Source of the DNA: Setoptus koraiensis | Lineage: Eukaryota; Animalia; Arthropoda | NCBI GenBank assembly: GCA_048013815.1 | Contig: CM106586.1 | Location: forward strand, 20,646,001 to 20,710,000 | Length of the DNA: 64,000 nt | Reading direction: 5' to 3' | Shown: piece after piece, positions 1 through 11,465 of the stretch | Layout of the letters: the number at the start of each line of letters is the position of its first letter | Numbering within the stretch: position 1 is the first letter of the stretch | Program-made: the position numbers and the translations under genes | The notes under the pieces: model-generated | Databases searched by the model: none | Seen by the model: the letters and a program-made list of their open reading frames with translations, nothing else | What the model was told of the DNA's origin: nothing

Positions 1-1139
1 TAGTGTTTCCAGCGCGGCGCGCATAATATCGGGCTGTTTTTTGTTGCGGCCGGCGCCCTCTCGGGCGCGTCTTGGGCGCCGCTGTCTTCGGGCCGGCCGC
101 TGGGCGCGTCCGCCGGGGCGGCTGCAGCGGCGGCGGTAATTCCTTATTAACCCAGTTATAGATTTGCCTCATTTCGCGCTGCCCAGTGCGCACGTTGTTT
201 TTATCAAAAAAGCAACTACTTGTCGCCTGGCTACGCACAATTACCAAACACAAAGAAGCGACGGCGCCATAGGATCCGATTTGCGGTTTTGCGCCGGCCT
301 CAATTGTCGCGCTCGCTCCAACGCCCTGTCCGGGGCCCGGCGGCCGGCCGCTCTGCGAGCCGCGCGCCACGACCAGTGCGCAGAGGAAATAAGACGCCTA
401 ACAAGCTCGCCGCTGGGCCGCCCAGCCGGCGAAACGGGCCCGTCTTGGCGGATATTTTTCACTCTGTCTCGGGCCCATTGCTGCTCATTAAGTTGGCGCT
501 GGTTCGCGTGCTTAATCGCGTAGAAACGCGACAACACGCCGCCGCAACCGGCAAAGGCGGCAACAGCGCGCCACCGTGAGCGATATATGGAGTGCGAGCA
601 CACAAGCAGATAGCGCCCCCGACGAGCGTAATGGGCGCCCGCAGCTCGTTGCTGGAGCGAAAGGAAGTCGCCGGAGCGTCTGGGCGTGCGGTGGCCGCTC
701 TCGGCGGCGCTCGGATGCACGAGAACGCGTCGCGGGGCCCAGCGGAACGCGCAGGGCTCGCTGGCTGGCGGCGCAGGGCTCGCTGGCTGGCGACACGGCG
801 CGGCCAGCGACAACATTGAGCGAGCGAGACAGAAATTGAGGCCAGATCGATAGCGCGCCGGATGTCAGTCGTTTCAAGTGGCGCCCACTCGGGCCGCGCT
901 CACATGGCCGCTCGGACGACTGGCCGGCTGGCTGGCGGGCCGACCCGGGCCAAGAACAAGGGCGCCCAGCGGTAGCCTTGTCGCTCGTGTGCAACTTGCA
1001 CAGTGTAAGTGGGCGCGCTGGCCGCGACGGCGGGCGCACTATAGCGCCGTTCGCGACTCGCTAATGACCTATTGCCGTTGCCAGCAGCGGCGGCCGGGGC
1101 CAATTCCCGCTCTCTGCGTCTGCAACTTGCCCGGCCAGC

Positions 1140-1184
1140 CAGCCAGTCGGGCCGTCAGCCAGTCGGGCCGTCAGCCAGTCGGGC
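1140..1184. repeat. 16-bp tandem repeat (CAGCCAGTCGGGCCGT) x~2.8
   Basis: Directly visible tandem units at 1140, 1156 and 1172 (partial). Confidence 0.85.
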
Positions 1185-2478
1185 AGCGATTGCACAAGCG
1201 TGCGACTAGCGGCCAGGTGAGCACAGGTGAGCCAGTGCGCACGGCGGCGCCACTGCCGCGGCACGGCAGAGGCGTCTTTGCTTTTTGCGTTCCAGCGGGC
1301 TCAGCTTTTTTCCATATTGCACACACTATTTTTTTATCTCTTGTTTCAGCGCTACTCACGTTTGCGCTGCTACGCAACGTTACGTAACGTAACGCCGCGC
1401 TGGCATGCAGCTAGCGCGACGTTTAGCGTAATCTGGGGCGCGCGCGCGCGCGCGCCTCACACACAACACAAACAAACGATTGCAATCATGGAGCAATCAG
1501 AAGACGAGCCTGATCAGGCTGCCCTCCCCCCGTCCCCCCGCAACTGCCCGACTGTCACTTGCGCCCCACAGTCAGCTGACACGGGCGCCGCAATAGTGTG
1601 CGGCTGCAATAATTTCTTTTTGGGGCCCCTTTTCAATGGCTGGACAGGATTTATTGTAATTGCAGCTATTCCCGGCTGGCTGCCTGGCTGGCAATGAACA
1701 AGGTTGGCTGGTTTGTGTAAAACTGGCTGTTACGCAACCGTCTCGTGCTCGCTGTCTGCGCTCGCTGTTGGCGCTCATTGATTCGGCACAATCTCTGACA
1801 CATCAATTTACAATTTACAATTAAAATTACAATTTCAGCCCCCGCTCAAATCCCCGAGCTCATTCAGGTCACAGAGCAAGCTAACAACGCACGCCTCTGA
1901 CAACTCTGCCCATAGGACACCCGTTTGGGCACGACACCACCAACCAGACCCAATGGATATTCACTAACGCCGCATATCTAGCACTGGGCTGCATTTGAAT
2001 TTAAAAATTGCAGCTCGTCGACCCGTCCATGGATATGATGCTCCAATTCAATATCCAGTGGATATCCATGGATATCATCGGCCATCCGCTCGGGCAAATC
2101 CATTGAATGGAGCTTCAGTTGGCCCAAGTATAAATAAATACTGAAACGTCAACTTTTGGGCTCGTGCGGTGTCTGCCGCGATCAAAATTGGTCTGCAGAT
2201 CGAGAATTGTAACGACCCCTGGCGGGCGTAGATTCATCTGGATATCCATGCATGCCAAGTCGGTGCCAGTGGTGTCTTCTCTCTCGAATTTATCGCTGGA
2301 CAATCGCGCGCATTGACTCAAATAATTCTAAACAAAGCTCAAATTTAATATCTGGCTAGGACATCAATCGAACGTGTACCGGTCAGGCCAGCCACTCGCT
2401 TGAAATCCGCATAACAGGCTGTTGTTAACAGCGGTGAAGGCAAGATGTCTTTGGTTGTGCGAATGGCTTCGCTCCGCG

Positions 2479-2526
2479 AAAACATTTGATAAAAACATCT
2501 GATAAAAACATCTGATAAAAACATTT
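2479..2526. repeat. 13-bp tandem repeat (AAAAACATCTGAT) x~3.7
   Basis: Directly visible tandem units. Confidence 0.8.
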
Positions 2527-3259
2527 AATTGCCCATGAGTGTGGCACTAGAATAACGGCAATTTCGATGCAAACGCACTCACGCACAAATAGTGAAAATT
2601 TCTTCGAGTCGACATTGGTTTTTCTTGGAACAATGTAACGATAGTTGTTCGTTGTTTTCGTTTGGAATTTTGCGTGCCGCTAAGCGCACTGATCTTGCCA
2701 CACACACAATCCAATCGATTGGCTGAATGAAAATAATTTGATATAATAACATTTGATTGGCTCGTGCAGCACAATCAGCACTGTTGTGAGACGATTACAT
2801 TAGACGAGAATATTGTAAACGCCGCGTGTTAGCCGGATAAAGCAAACAACGCGCTCGCTTCGAACGCGCACACTTACCTTCGTTATTGCGTCATCAAATT
2901 GCTGTTTATTTTTTGCACTGTTGTCGGCGACACCGCGATTGATTGTTGTTGTTTACAAGTGTTTGCACTATTCATGTGTGGATTTATTATTATGAAGTTG
3001 TTTTATATGTTATATGCATCAACAACAACACTTTGCTAATTGGTGCGGCCGATGGCGGCATCGAGTGGCCGATCGTTGACCACTGAGAGAAGAATATTTT
3101 TTCTACTTCTATTGCTGGCTTGCATGGCACTGGCACGTTATCTAGAGACAGACAAAGTTATATTGTGTGTGTGTATGTGCATAGATTGATGTGATACGCA
3201 ACGTGACGTAACGGTCGTTGATTGGCAAATTTTCTAATTTCTAATTGACGTTGCCACCG

Positions 3260-3380
3260 TTGTCGTTGTTGTTGTTGTTGTTGTTGTCGTCGTCGTCGTT
3301 TGTATATATCATGTGTGTGTGTGTGTGTTGGTGTGTGTGTGCGTGTGTGTGTGTGTGTTGGCGTGTGTGTGTGTGTGTTG

Positions 3381-3421
<41 letters not shown>

Positions 3422-3425
3422 TGTG
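3260..3425. repeat. Compound (GTT/GTC)n and interrupted (GT)n microsatellite
   Basis: Directly visible; explains the spurious His/Thr and Cys/Val ORFs at 3158-3578. Confidence 0.95.
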
Positions 3426-3979
3426 TGATAATAATAACAACAACAATAGTTCTGGCGAGCGCATAAATATAAATAAAGCGTCGTAAACAACGTTGTTTGC
3501 TGGTATGTGATGAGGCCAGTCAGATGAGATGATCAGCAGCGATGTGAGAGGAAAAAATTCCAATGCTGTTGGCCCCATTCATTGCGTGCACACACGCACA
3601 CGCACGCACACACTCACAGTAGACCATAGCGATGCAACGATGACACAATCGGCCATAGAGAGTGCGCCAAACTTTTCGTGCGCCAGCGCTTCTATCTGCG
3701 AAGCACAATGCGAGCCGCTCACCGCGTTGCCCAGCAAGCAACGCGGGCCCCAGCGCGGGCCCCAACGCACACTCACCCGCCAGAACAAGTCCGCAAACCG
3801 AGAAGCTTCCGATCGTGATATGATGAGACCAGATTTCAAATGTGTGCCCTTGTGCCGCCTAGGTCTTTATGCCGTCTAGATCTTTATGCCGCCGAGATCT
3901 CACTCAAAGTATCTTGGCACTCACTTCCGACCTATTCGACCAATGAGCTTAGGACAGAATTAGCTCAGGTCGAACGACA

Positions 3980-5116
3980 TTAATGCTCGCTCTCTCTTGA
4001 GACATATAATTTTGCATTTTTTTTGGGGCAATTTATTAATAAAAAATAAATTATTAATAGTTGTATGATATGAAAATATCGATATTGTTCAGTCTGGCGC
4101 CATCTGCCATTATCTGTTTTCATTTCATAAGCTCGTGATATGTTAACACCGATAGTGGCTGCCCCTCGCGAACAACACTCAAATGTCTTGAATAATGTGT
4201 GGCATTTTTTGTAAAATTGTATAGCTTTTTCATATTCTCTATTGGAATAATATACACTGGCCATATAACTGTTTGCATAGGCACTCAGATAGGCAGCATC
4301 CTCGACTAAGGCTAAGTTTTCACTGAACGATGTAGAAGCTCGAGAAAAGTCTTCGTTTTGCTGCGCTATCATGCCAAAATTGCACAAGGCCTGACTTTTA
4401 CCTGTTCTATCACCAATTTCTGACGCCAAGTCCAGCTGCCTTTGGAAGCAATTCTCTGCCTCTAGGAATCTGTTTGTCAATCTGAACGTGTGACCCAAAC
4501 CACCGGAAGCTCTCATTTCATAGATTTTACCTTGTCTGCCTCCCAATCTTTGTGCCATCTTGATTACCTGCTCACGATAGGTTCTGGCCTCTTCGTATTT
4601 TTTGTTCTTTGTAGCCAAGAACGCCATGTTTGAATTGGCCATAACAAGGTTAGTTTGACATTCCTCATGGCGACTGATCAAGCTGGCGCTGGTCAATTCA
4701 GAATGATATTCTTCAGCTTTGTCATACTGTCCCATCAGGGTGTATATGTGGCACAAACAAGTCAATTCGCGACTCAGCGCACTGTTGTTATCGCCAGCAA
4801 CATGTTGCTGTTGCTTAATTAATTGTAAGCATCTAGTAAGGCTGAGTAGGGCACTGTTGGGATCATTTAGCTAGACATGGATATGGCCAAGTGCATTTAA
4901 GGCTATAATCGCCTGCTGGGCATTGCCTGTGATTTTCATTGCCAACTCGAGCTGTTTCCTATGAGCCTTGAGACTCTCTTCATAATTCTTCAGAGTATAA
5001 TAGGCAAAACCAAGATTGCCAAACACTCTACATTGTCCATTGAAATCTCTAATGAGTATTTGTGTCTCCAAGTCCTCTTGCATATATTCGATAGATTTAT
5101 CGTATTTTTTCAATGA
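3980..5116 (-). pseudogene. TTC28: TTC28-like TPR-repeat gene fragment with one in-frame stop
   Basis: ORFs 4871-5113 and 3980-4765 are in one frame, separated only by TAG at 4873-4871 (..ALGHIHV*LNDPNSALLSLTRCLQLIKQQQHVAGDNNSALSRELTCL..). KSIEYMQEDLE / GQCRVFGNLG / HRKQLELAMK / EMRASGGLGH / QRQLDLASEIGDRTGKSQALCNFG follow the TTC28 TPR array as recalled. An AG acceptor sits at 5118-5117. Homology fades near 4130 and no CHAT domain follows. Confidence 0.75.
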
Positions 5117-5914
5117 CTAGGGACAACAAAATCGGCGGTTAAGAATTGAGAAATTCGGTTCTCAAACTAACGAAACCTACGGTTTCTCGTTCTTTTTTTT
5201 CGGTTCTAATTCACATTGATATGATTCGTTCATCATTTTCGAAGAGAAATGAATATCTAGTTGTAAGTTGTAACAGTCAAAAAAAAAAGAGAGCTATCGA
5301 TCTTAGCGAACAAGGAGGCGCTGGGTGAAGCAATTTGAACAACAACACAATCAAAGATTGTGTGCTGGTCACTTCAACTGATCGTCTGTCACGGCAACAA
5401 CAGCACACTTACGATACAATTTGAAAAAAAAAAACGGTTTTCAAGCATAAAACATATGAAAATCGGCGTTTTCGGTGTGAACAAATACGTCTCAAACGAC
5501 GTATCTAGTTGTACTATGTTGCCCTACATATTTTCAGGACTCTACTCGTTGTGGATCGGTTTTTAATCGATTTCGTTTTCCCTAGATATCAGTGTTCAAG
5601 TAATTGTTGCCGCTTTTTTTCTTACTATTATGATCTCTGTCCGAGTAAGAGGACAATGAGGAACACTTTCGATTTTTGTCGGAGTGACATTGCTAAATGA
5701 GTGTCGATGTTGGTGTTGTTTCTTTGCCTTTTCGCATTGCAATCTAATAAGACGGCTGATATTTAAATAACCGATTCAGATCTCTGAGTTTCGTTGTAGT
5801 CTCACCGGGATTGGCTAAGCGGGATGTCCATAGAATGAGGTCAAACAACTGGCGACAATGTGATTACAACTGATGATCATTGATGATATAGATGATATGT
5901 CACTTTCTCTGTAT

Positions 5915-7012
5915 TTATCTTTGATAATTTTGGCCCAGTTGTCGTCTGAGAAACCTTTCAATCCAGGCCATCAATTCAGTTACCTTCGGAAATGTGGTAT
6001 TTCCGTTGTGTCCGTCTTCACGATGACAACCTGAACGAGAAATGATACCATAGACTTCCCATCGACCATTTCGGACATATAAGCCCGGTCCCCCCGAATC
6101 ACCGCTGCAGGCTGAACGAGGCTTGCTCGTAGGAGATGTTGCACAAAATTCAAATATTTGACTGATCCAAGCATCATGCCTCTCGCAATGTTCCGGAGAC
6201 CGGATTGTCACAATGGCGGCCCTTGTTTTAGTTGTTCTGGTTGGCCTGCCGCCTCCGTCGCCCATAAGTCCCCAGCCAGCTATAGTGATATTAGTGCCAG
6301 GGTCTAGATGGCCAGGATTTTCACTGGCTGTTCTCGCGGGTGGCAAGCAAGCGGGTCTCACATTATTTGTCCATTGCAACGGCTCGTTCAGTTTGATCAA
6401 TGCTGCATCCTGGGATGGGTGAAAATCAATAGATAAATCTTGTAGCACTTGATCTCCATCATTTGTTGATATATCGTAGACACCAGCGAAAATTTTAGTG
6501 TATTTTGTGCCTTTCAAGCAATGGGCAGCCGTTAGTATAGCTTGATCATGTATGATTGTGCCGGCACAATACCGACTTTGTCCATTTACAAGTTTTGATT
6601 TTAAAAACACTAACCAGGGGAAAGCACCCCGAGAGGCCTCCTCGCCTCCGATAATTCTTTTCGACGGCTTATTCGGTATCCATTTATCACCAACGGCATT
6701 GGGATTTATACCACACTTGACATGATCATCTCTACGTTTCTTGGCCTCCGATTGCTGTGATCTCAAGTATCTACCCTCTCTCGATGGCTTCAATTTTTCT
6801 CTCTCTCGTTTGTTTGTCTGTTGCTGGGATACTGGTGACTTGATATTTTTTTCTGATTCAAAAAATTTCAAATCGCCACATTCCGCTTCGTCCGTTGGCT
6901 GTAACTGTTTGAAAGCACTTGTTGCTAAATGTTCATCAGGACCCAGAACAAAAATAGCCAATGCAACACATGATGCTACATACACAAGTGCTCGCACTAG
7001 CAAGGGAGCCAT
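5915..7012 (-). CDS. Secreted S1A (trypsin-fold) serine protease, single exon, 365 aa
   Basis: Signal-peptide-like MAPLLVRALVYVASCVALAIFVLG from ATG 7012, activation site KR|IIGG, catalytic motifs TAAHC, DAALIKL and GDSGGP, pro-region linker Cys (CGINP). Confidence 0.93.
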   Translation of the reverse strand: MAPLLVRALVYVASCVALAIFVLGPDEHLATSAFKQLQPTDEAECGDLKFFESEKNIKSPVSQQQTNKREREKLKPSREGRYLRSQQSEAKKRRDDHVKCGINPNAVGDKWIPNKPSKRIIGGEEASRGAFPWLVFLKSKLVNGQSRYCAGTIIHDQAILTAAHCLKGTKYTKIFAGVYDISTNDGDQVLQDLSIDFHPSQDAALIKLNEPLQWTNNVRPACLPPARTASENPGHLDPGTNITIAGWGLMGDGGGRPTRTTKTRAAIVTIRSPEHCERHDAWISQIFEFCATSPTSKPRSACSGDSGGPGLYVRNGRWEVYGIISRSGCHREDGHNGNTTFPKVTELMAWIERFLRRQLGQNYQR

Positions 7013-7829
7013 CTCGTACGACCTATTCCAATCTCTTGAGATGTCTGTCTGCTTGTCTATCTTCCAAGAGTCTCTCCGTCGACAAATCAATCTAATCTCC
7101 AGAGTTTGTATGTGAAATCAAAGTTTCGTGATTATTTGGGATAGTTGATGTTTTTGAAAACAGCTCAACCTGTGTCCTGCGCCACAAGTCGATCAAAATT
7201 AATGTGTAACTTGATCAGCCTCAAGTCAAAAGAGAATAACCAGTCTGACGATCACATTGCTCCATATGATGGATAGAATACAATAATAATAACACGTAGA
7301 TCTCACCGTCCGGCGAGCAATTCTATTTCTGACTCAGAGATAAGTACTCATCTCATTAATCGCGTATGAGTCGCTAGCTGATGGGTCGATCATGTGTCGA
7401 AACTAGAGATGCCCATGGATATGCATGTTGAATTTCGAACCCTCGAATAAACTAGATATGCAAGTCCAACCTTAGATTTCAAGTTCTAGAGTGTCGAACA
7501 AATCCATCGATAGGTTCAAGAGAGAAGATAGAAGCTTCCGGATCCGACTGTCACTTCCTTCAAAACCATGATATCCAGATGGACAGAGCGGGCGCCCAAT
7601 GGATCATTACTAGGGAGAACATAGTCGGTAAAGCAAACAATCAATCACAATCAAAATCACTACTGGCTCTAAGATGGCCAGAGGAGGTGAAAACTCCACT
7701 TGAGGTAAAATTTTAGTCTGCTGTGAATGCATGGTGACAGAAACTCAAAAACGTGTTCTTGCTTCTAATTTCGCCTTTCGCTATACCGAATGAGATGCAG
7801 CAAGCTGATTAGCTCAGCAGGATCAGTGA

Positions 7830-8015
7830 AAATAATCTAGAGCACAAGATGAGACCTTTTGGTGGCGAGAGCCCGAAAATTTTCAGGTCACTGTTTTTAA
7901 TCATACCTGTATGATGTTGATGAAAGCTTCCCTTTATTCTGGTAGAATTTGTTTTCAAGATCCGAATCAATCTCGGTGATTTGCTCATTTACAAAAAAAA
8001 AATCTTAGGTTCGAC
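7830..8015 (-). pseudogene. 3' fragment of a paralogue of the orphan secreted protein at 12180-13232
   Basis: Translates VEPKIF..VNEQITEIDSDLENKF versus ADPKTFDVTEQIHEIDSDLVNKF in the intact gene, with a poly-T frameshift. The downstream ~80 nt align with 11690-11775. Confidence 0.7.
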
Positions 8016-8016
8016 T

Positions 8017-8620
8017 TCAGATGATATCCATTGCGGTAACATTGTCTGATAATTCCCATTCTGAGTCGGATGGGTCATCACTCGGACCTTGCTTACTTGG
8101 ATCATAGAGGTCCTCAGTGATTAAAGTAGTGTCCGAGCTGAAGCAATCATCTATCTTTTTGCATAGATCCTCGTCGTCGAATTCAAATGTGACATGGCGA
8201 CCTAGTGCATAAATATACAAATCAAATAACAGTAGTAGATTTTTAGTTGTCTTGCGTGGGGTCATTAATGAAATATCTATACCTTGAGACAGACATAAAT
8301 GTATAATATTGATATTCAATTTGGCCACATTGTATGTGAATTGGCAATCAGTTAATAGGTCGCTATTAAAAGTATCGAATGTCAATTTAGCTGGCAATAT
8401 AATATCTAGCTGATAGGCTAAATTATTTATTTACTAATTGTGTTACGCAAGCGAGGCAAGCACTAATGCGAAAAGCAGCATTTCTTTCGCCCAACTGAAC
8501 CAATGAGGCCGGCATCATGTCCTTGTGATCGTTAATCCACAAACTGTAGGCATTGTAGTCTCCGCTACTTGGTAGCCAAGGTTCAACAATTGATTGATTA
8601 GTCATCTGGTGCTGAGAACT
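8017..8620 (-). pseudogene. ATG14: ATG14 (Barkor) C-terminal fragment, frameshifted
   Basis: PWLPSSGDYNAYSLW...NAAFRISACLACVTQLVN(K)/LAYQLDIILPAKL...FTYNVAKLNINIIHLCLSQGI...TTKNLLLL...LGRHVTFE matches the recalled ATG14 C-terminal half. A 4-nt duplication (AAAT) near 8421-8428 shifts the frame and creates TAA. Confidence 0.8.
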
Positions 8621-8699
8621 ACTAGAGAAGGTCAATAGTGGCGATGTTTCCATATTTAACGGACCCAAACCATTGTGTTTGTTGAGCTCTCCAATACAT

Positions 8700-9128
8700 G
8701 CCGAAAATATAGAAGTCCAACACATAATTAAGGCATTGAGTATCATACTTAACCAAATCATCATTCTTAATCTGCCAGATTTCAGGTTGTTGGAAGTTCC
8801 CAAGTTTGATTTTTGTAAGTAGATCATACATACGGACCGATCTGTCTTTTTGGTGGGTGAGCCAATCTTCTAAAATATTGAATGATTTCATCTGGGGTCC
8901 ACCGGGGAATTGTTTGTCCTCGAGAAACTCACATAATTCTTTGTAGCTTAGTAGCGCCAGAGTAACATCCGATATGTCATAGAAATTTTTCAACATGAAC
9001 TGCTTTGTACCTTGTGCCACCTCATAGTTGATGGATGATAGCTTGTCGAAGAGGTGAGTATAATTGTGAACATTCATTCTCTCCAACAAAGAAGAAGCGC
9101 ATATAAATTTTAACTGGCGCAGCTTCAT
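8700..9128 (-). pseudogene. BACK-domain fragment of a BTB-BACK-Kelch protein
   Basis: QFMLKNF...LLSYKELCEFLED...SFNILEDW...RMYDLLTKIKL...IKNDDLVKYDTQC fits the BACK consensus (NF..V..EFL.L..EEL..LL...VFEAV..W...R..LL..VRL...D.LI....C). No BTB domain upstream and no Kelch repeats downstream. Confidence 0.65.
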
Positions 9129-10422
9129 TTTTAGCGCTTAATTTTAATTATAAGCGCTTAATTTTAATTAAGTAGCTACTGGGGTAGTGATGATGGATAC
9201 GTTTATTCACGTGACTATGTAATCCTATGGAGGTTTGACTTAGTCAAAGGACCTCTCAGAGTTTGATGGTCACAATTGGAAGTTCGGTGGTAACAATCCG
9301 AACTTCGGAATTGAAAATTCGAATTTCTGATGATAGTTTCAGGTCCTTAGCTCTTCTTCTTCGGTGAGCAGCAACTCTTTCTCTGTTACACCGTCTTCTG
9401 TAATCAGCCAGTAATTCACTGGCATCAATATTATCCAGAGAAACCCAATCCACTTCATGATAGCCAGTCCATTTCACTAGATATTCTATCCCATTTCCGA
9501 CACCCGTTCGACGATGATCGAGAATGATGTCTATCTCGAAATATCCTCCTTCTTCTTCAGCATCATCATCAATTATAATTATTTCAAAATTTTGCTGTTC
9601 TAATTCAGCATTTTCCGGTAGTCCATCTGCCACCCATCTTGTTAAAATTTTTCAACAAATGAAACACCTTTTAACCGGAGAATTTTGGAAGGAGAAACTA
9701 GCCGGCATGCAGACCACACATGCATTATGTTTGCATGGTGAGGTCATCATCAAATTGTCGGCGAAAGTTTCTTGACAAATGGATTATTCGGTCGTCATTT
9801 TAATAAATAGATGATAAGAAACAATAGATGAGCAATCTGTTAAATAAATGGATTTTTCTAAATGATAGAAGTGAATTCCAAAAAATGATAATAGCCAGTA
9901 ATTGATGAATAGTAATGAATTAAATGCCAATTTAAATAAATATCGAGAACAGAATAAATGATTGTAAATTTTAATGATAATGAATGGTTAAATAAATACC
10001 AATGGAAATAGATATGAATGACTGTTGGATTTGAGTGTCTAAATTGATAATGCTAAGATAGAGAGAATCAATAAGATCTGTCCCGAGACAGTAGATGAGA
10101 TTGATCTCAGACGATTTAACTCCTCGCGCAGACCGATTTCATTTTCACGCACTGTACTTCAATGAACGAGTTGAGATACGATTGAAAAGTTTTTTTTTTC
10201 CAAGAAGAAATTCATTTGAAAGCCACCAAACTCGCACTGTCGAACAGTCTATCTATGGCTATTATTACTACGTGATACACATGTTAACCGACTATTCTGA
10301 TCTGACAGGCATAGATGTTCATCTCTGACATGGTGTCACATACTCGCATCCATATTCCAACGATACTTGTCTATTCAAAAAATTAAGCGCTCGAGATACT
10401 GACAGAATCAGTATCACTTGTT
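9129..10422 (+). mobile_element. Putative non-autonomous Helentron (HINE/DINE-1-like) element, ~1.3 kb
   Basis: 13-bp subterminal inverted repeat AGCGCTTAATTTT (9133-9145, repeated at 9153-9165) / AAAATTAAGCGCT (10379-10391). It is followed by the stem-loop GATACTGA-cagaa-TCAGTATC (10395-10415) and ACTTGTT. A T-run lies at the left end, no target-site duplication is visible, and the right end recurs at 23519-23584. Confidence 0.6.
9256..9798 (-). pseudogene. RING (C3HC4)-chromodomain fusion gene with two in-frame stops
   Basis: From ATG 9798 a single frame reads MTTE*SICQETFADNLMMTSPCKHNACVVCMPASFSFQNSPVKRCFIC*KILTRWVADG... (stops at 9786-9784 and 9654-9652). An acidic linker follows, then the chromodomain YFEIDIILDHRR...EYLVKWTGY...DWVSLDNIDASELLADY and a basic tail. 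Confidence 0.75.
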
Positions 10423-10460
10423 CATGAAAAATCGATCTTTTTCATGAAAAATCGATCTTT
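10421..10460. repeat. 20-bp direct duplication (TTCATGAAAAATCGATCTTT) x2 at the element's right boundary
   Basis: Directly visible. Confidence 0.85.
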
Positions 10461-10680
10461 TTTTGGTGCTTTCTTGATGGACTCTCTTCTCAATAGATCT
10501 GTTTCTGTCTGAGATATAGCGCCTAATCAACAAGAGCTTGTTATCTCTAGATTTGTTTATCCTATCGACGTCTACGAGGGTCTTGTTGTATTCGTATTTT
10601 AGTCTCATGGAGCTTCTTTTCTTGTTCATCATATACATCTTTGAGTACAATTCTTGCCGGCTCTATCATCGACGCCCCTC

Positions 10681-11007
10681 TCAACCTCGATCCATTTGAT
10701 TGAGCATATAATGTTGACCTTCTCTCAACTTTTCTATGATGTGAAGCACACCAACGTGTGCTCTACCTACAATCATCTTGGACCGGCTATGCCAGGCCTC
10801 GGCACTGTTCTGGGTTCGAGGCAAACCGAGGTCAACCAGCTCGATAACAGACCAAAACTTGGATCCCAATTTCGGTGACCGGCGGTTACGTGATGAACCA
10901 CCAACAACATAATTACGCCGAAACCATTGAATTAATTCATTTGCCTCAGCTACAGGAAGATCACAAGCTAAATCTTCAAAAGCGTCTTCTATCTCTCTTG
11001 GCTTCAA
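10681..11007 (-). mobile_element. Mutator-like (MULE) transposase C-terminal fragment
   Basis: LIQWFRRNYVVG...FWSV.E....GLPRTQNSAEAWHSR....VGRAHVGVLHIIEKLREGQ resembles the MULE C-terminal pattern (YF..NY.G...W.V......PRTNN..E.WH..F...V...HP.I...I..L..EQ). No DDE core in the window. Confidence 0.7.
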
Positions 11008-11465
11008 GAATGCAAGAGCAATAATTTTGCGAATAGTGGTCGCACATGATTGCGATGAAACATACTTTCTATCAAATATTCGTTATATGAAATGTACGTT
11101 GATGAAACGAGCCAGACCTGCCTATTCATATATCAGTAGTACATCTCATGGCAACACAACAACAACAAAAGAAGAAAAATCTAGAATAGAAGAGCTACAA
11201 CAACATCTCTCTCAACCGACAAACGAAGAGCGGTTGAGTAAACCATTGGCCGTAAAAGTTGCCAACCACTATGTCAAATTCTTGGAGGATATGATAAAAA
11301 AAAATCTTACCATCAAACAAATCACGGACTGAGTAGTCCCTCGCCGGGACCTTGACAGAATGCCGTCAGACGATGTAGTCGACGACAATCACATCGCCTG
11401 GAGGCTTATAGATACAGATTATCAAAATCTTCGTGAGTTCTCGAGGGAAAAACAGTTTGAAACGA

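Noticed and set aside
164-1697. Overlapping GC-rich ORFs, including 241-816 (minus) whose SSAHWS resembles a TTC28 motif
   Set aside because: Arg/Ala/Pro-rich in all frames as expected for high GC. The 6-aa match lies on the wrong side of the TTC28 exon and has no TPR context.
3158-3578. His-Thr / Cys-Val repeat ORFs here and at 59917-60498, 61408-61846 and 61945-62796
   Set aside because: Translations of (GT)n/(CA)n microsatellites.
3959-3980. TAGCTCAG A-box-like motifs (also ~7810) as tRNA or SINE heads
   Set aside because: No B box or cloverleaf could be built.
7856-7885. TTTTGGTGGCGAGAG as an LTR primer-binding site
   Set aside because: No LTR or gag/pol nearby; the sequence is explained as part of the orphan-family tail homologous to 11700-11745.
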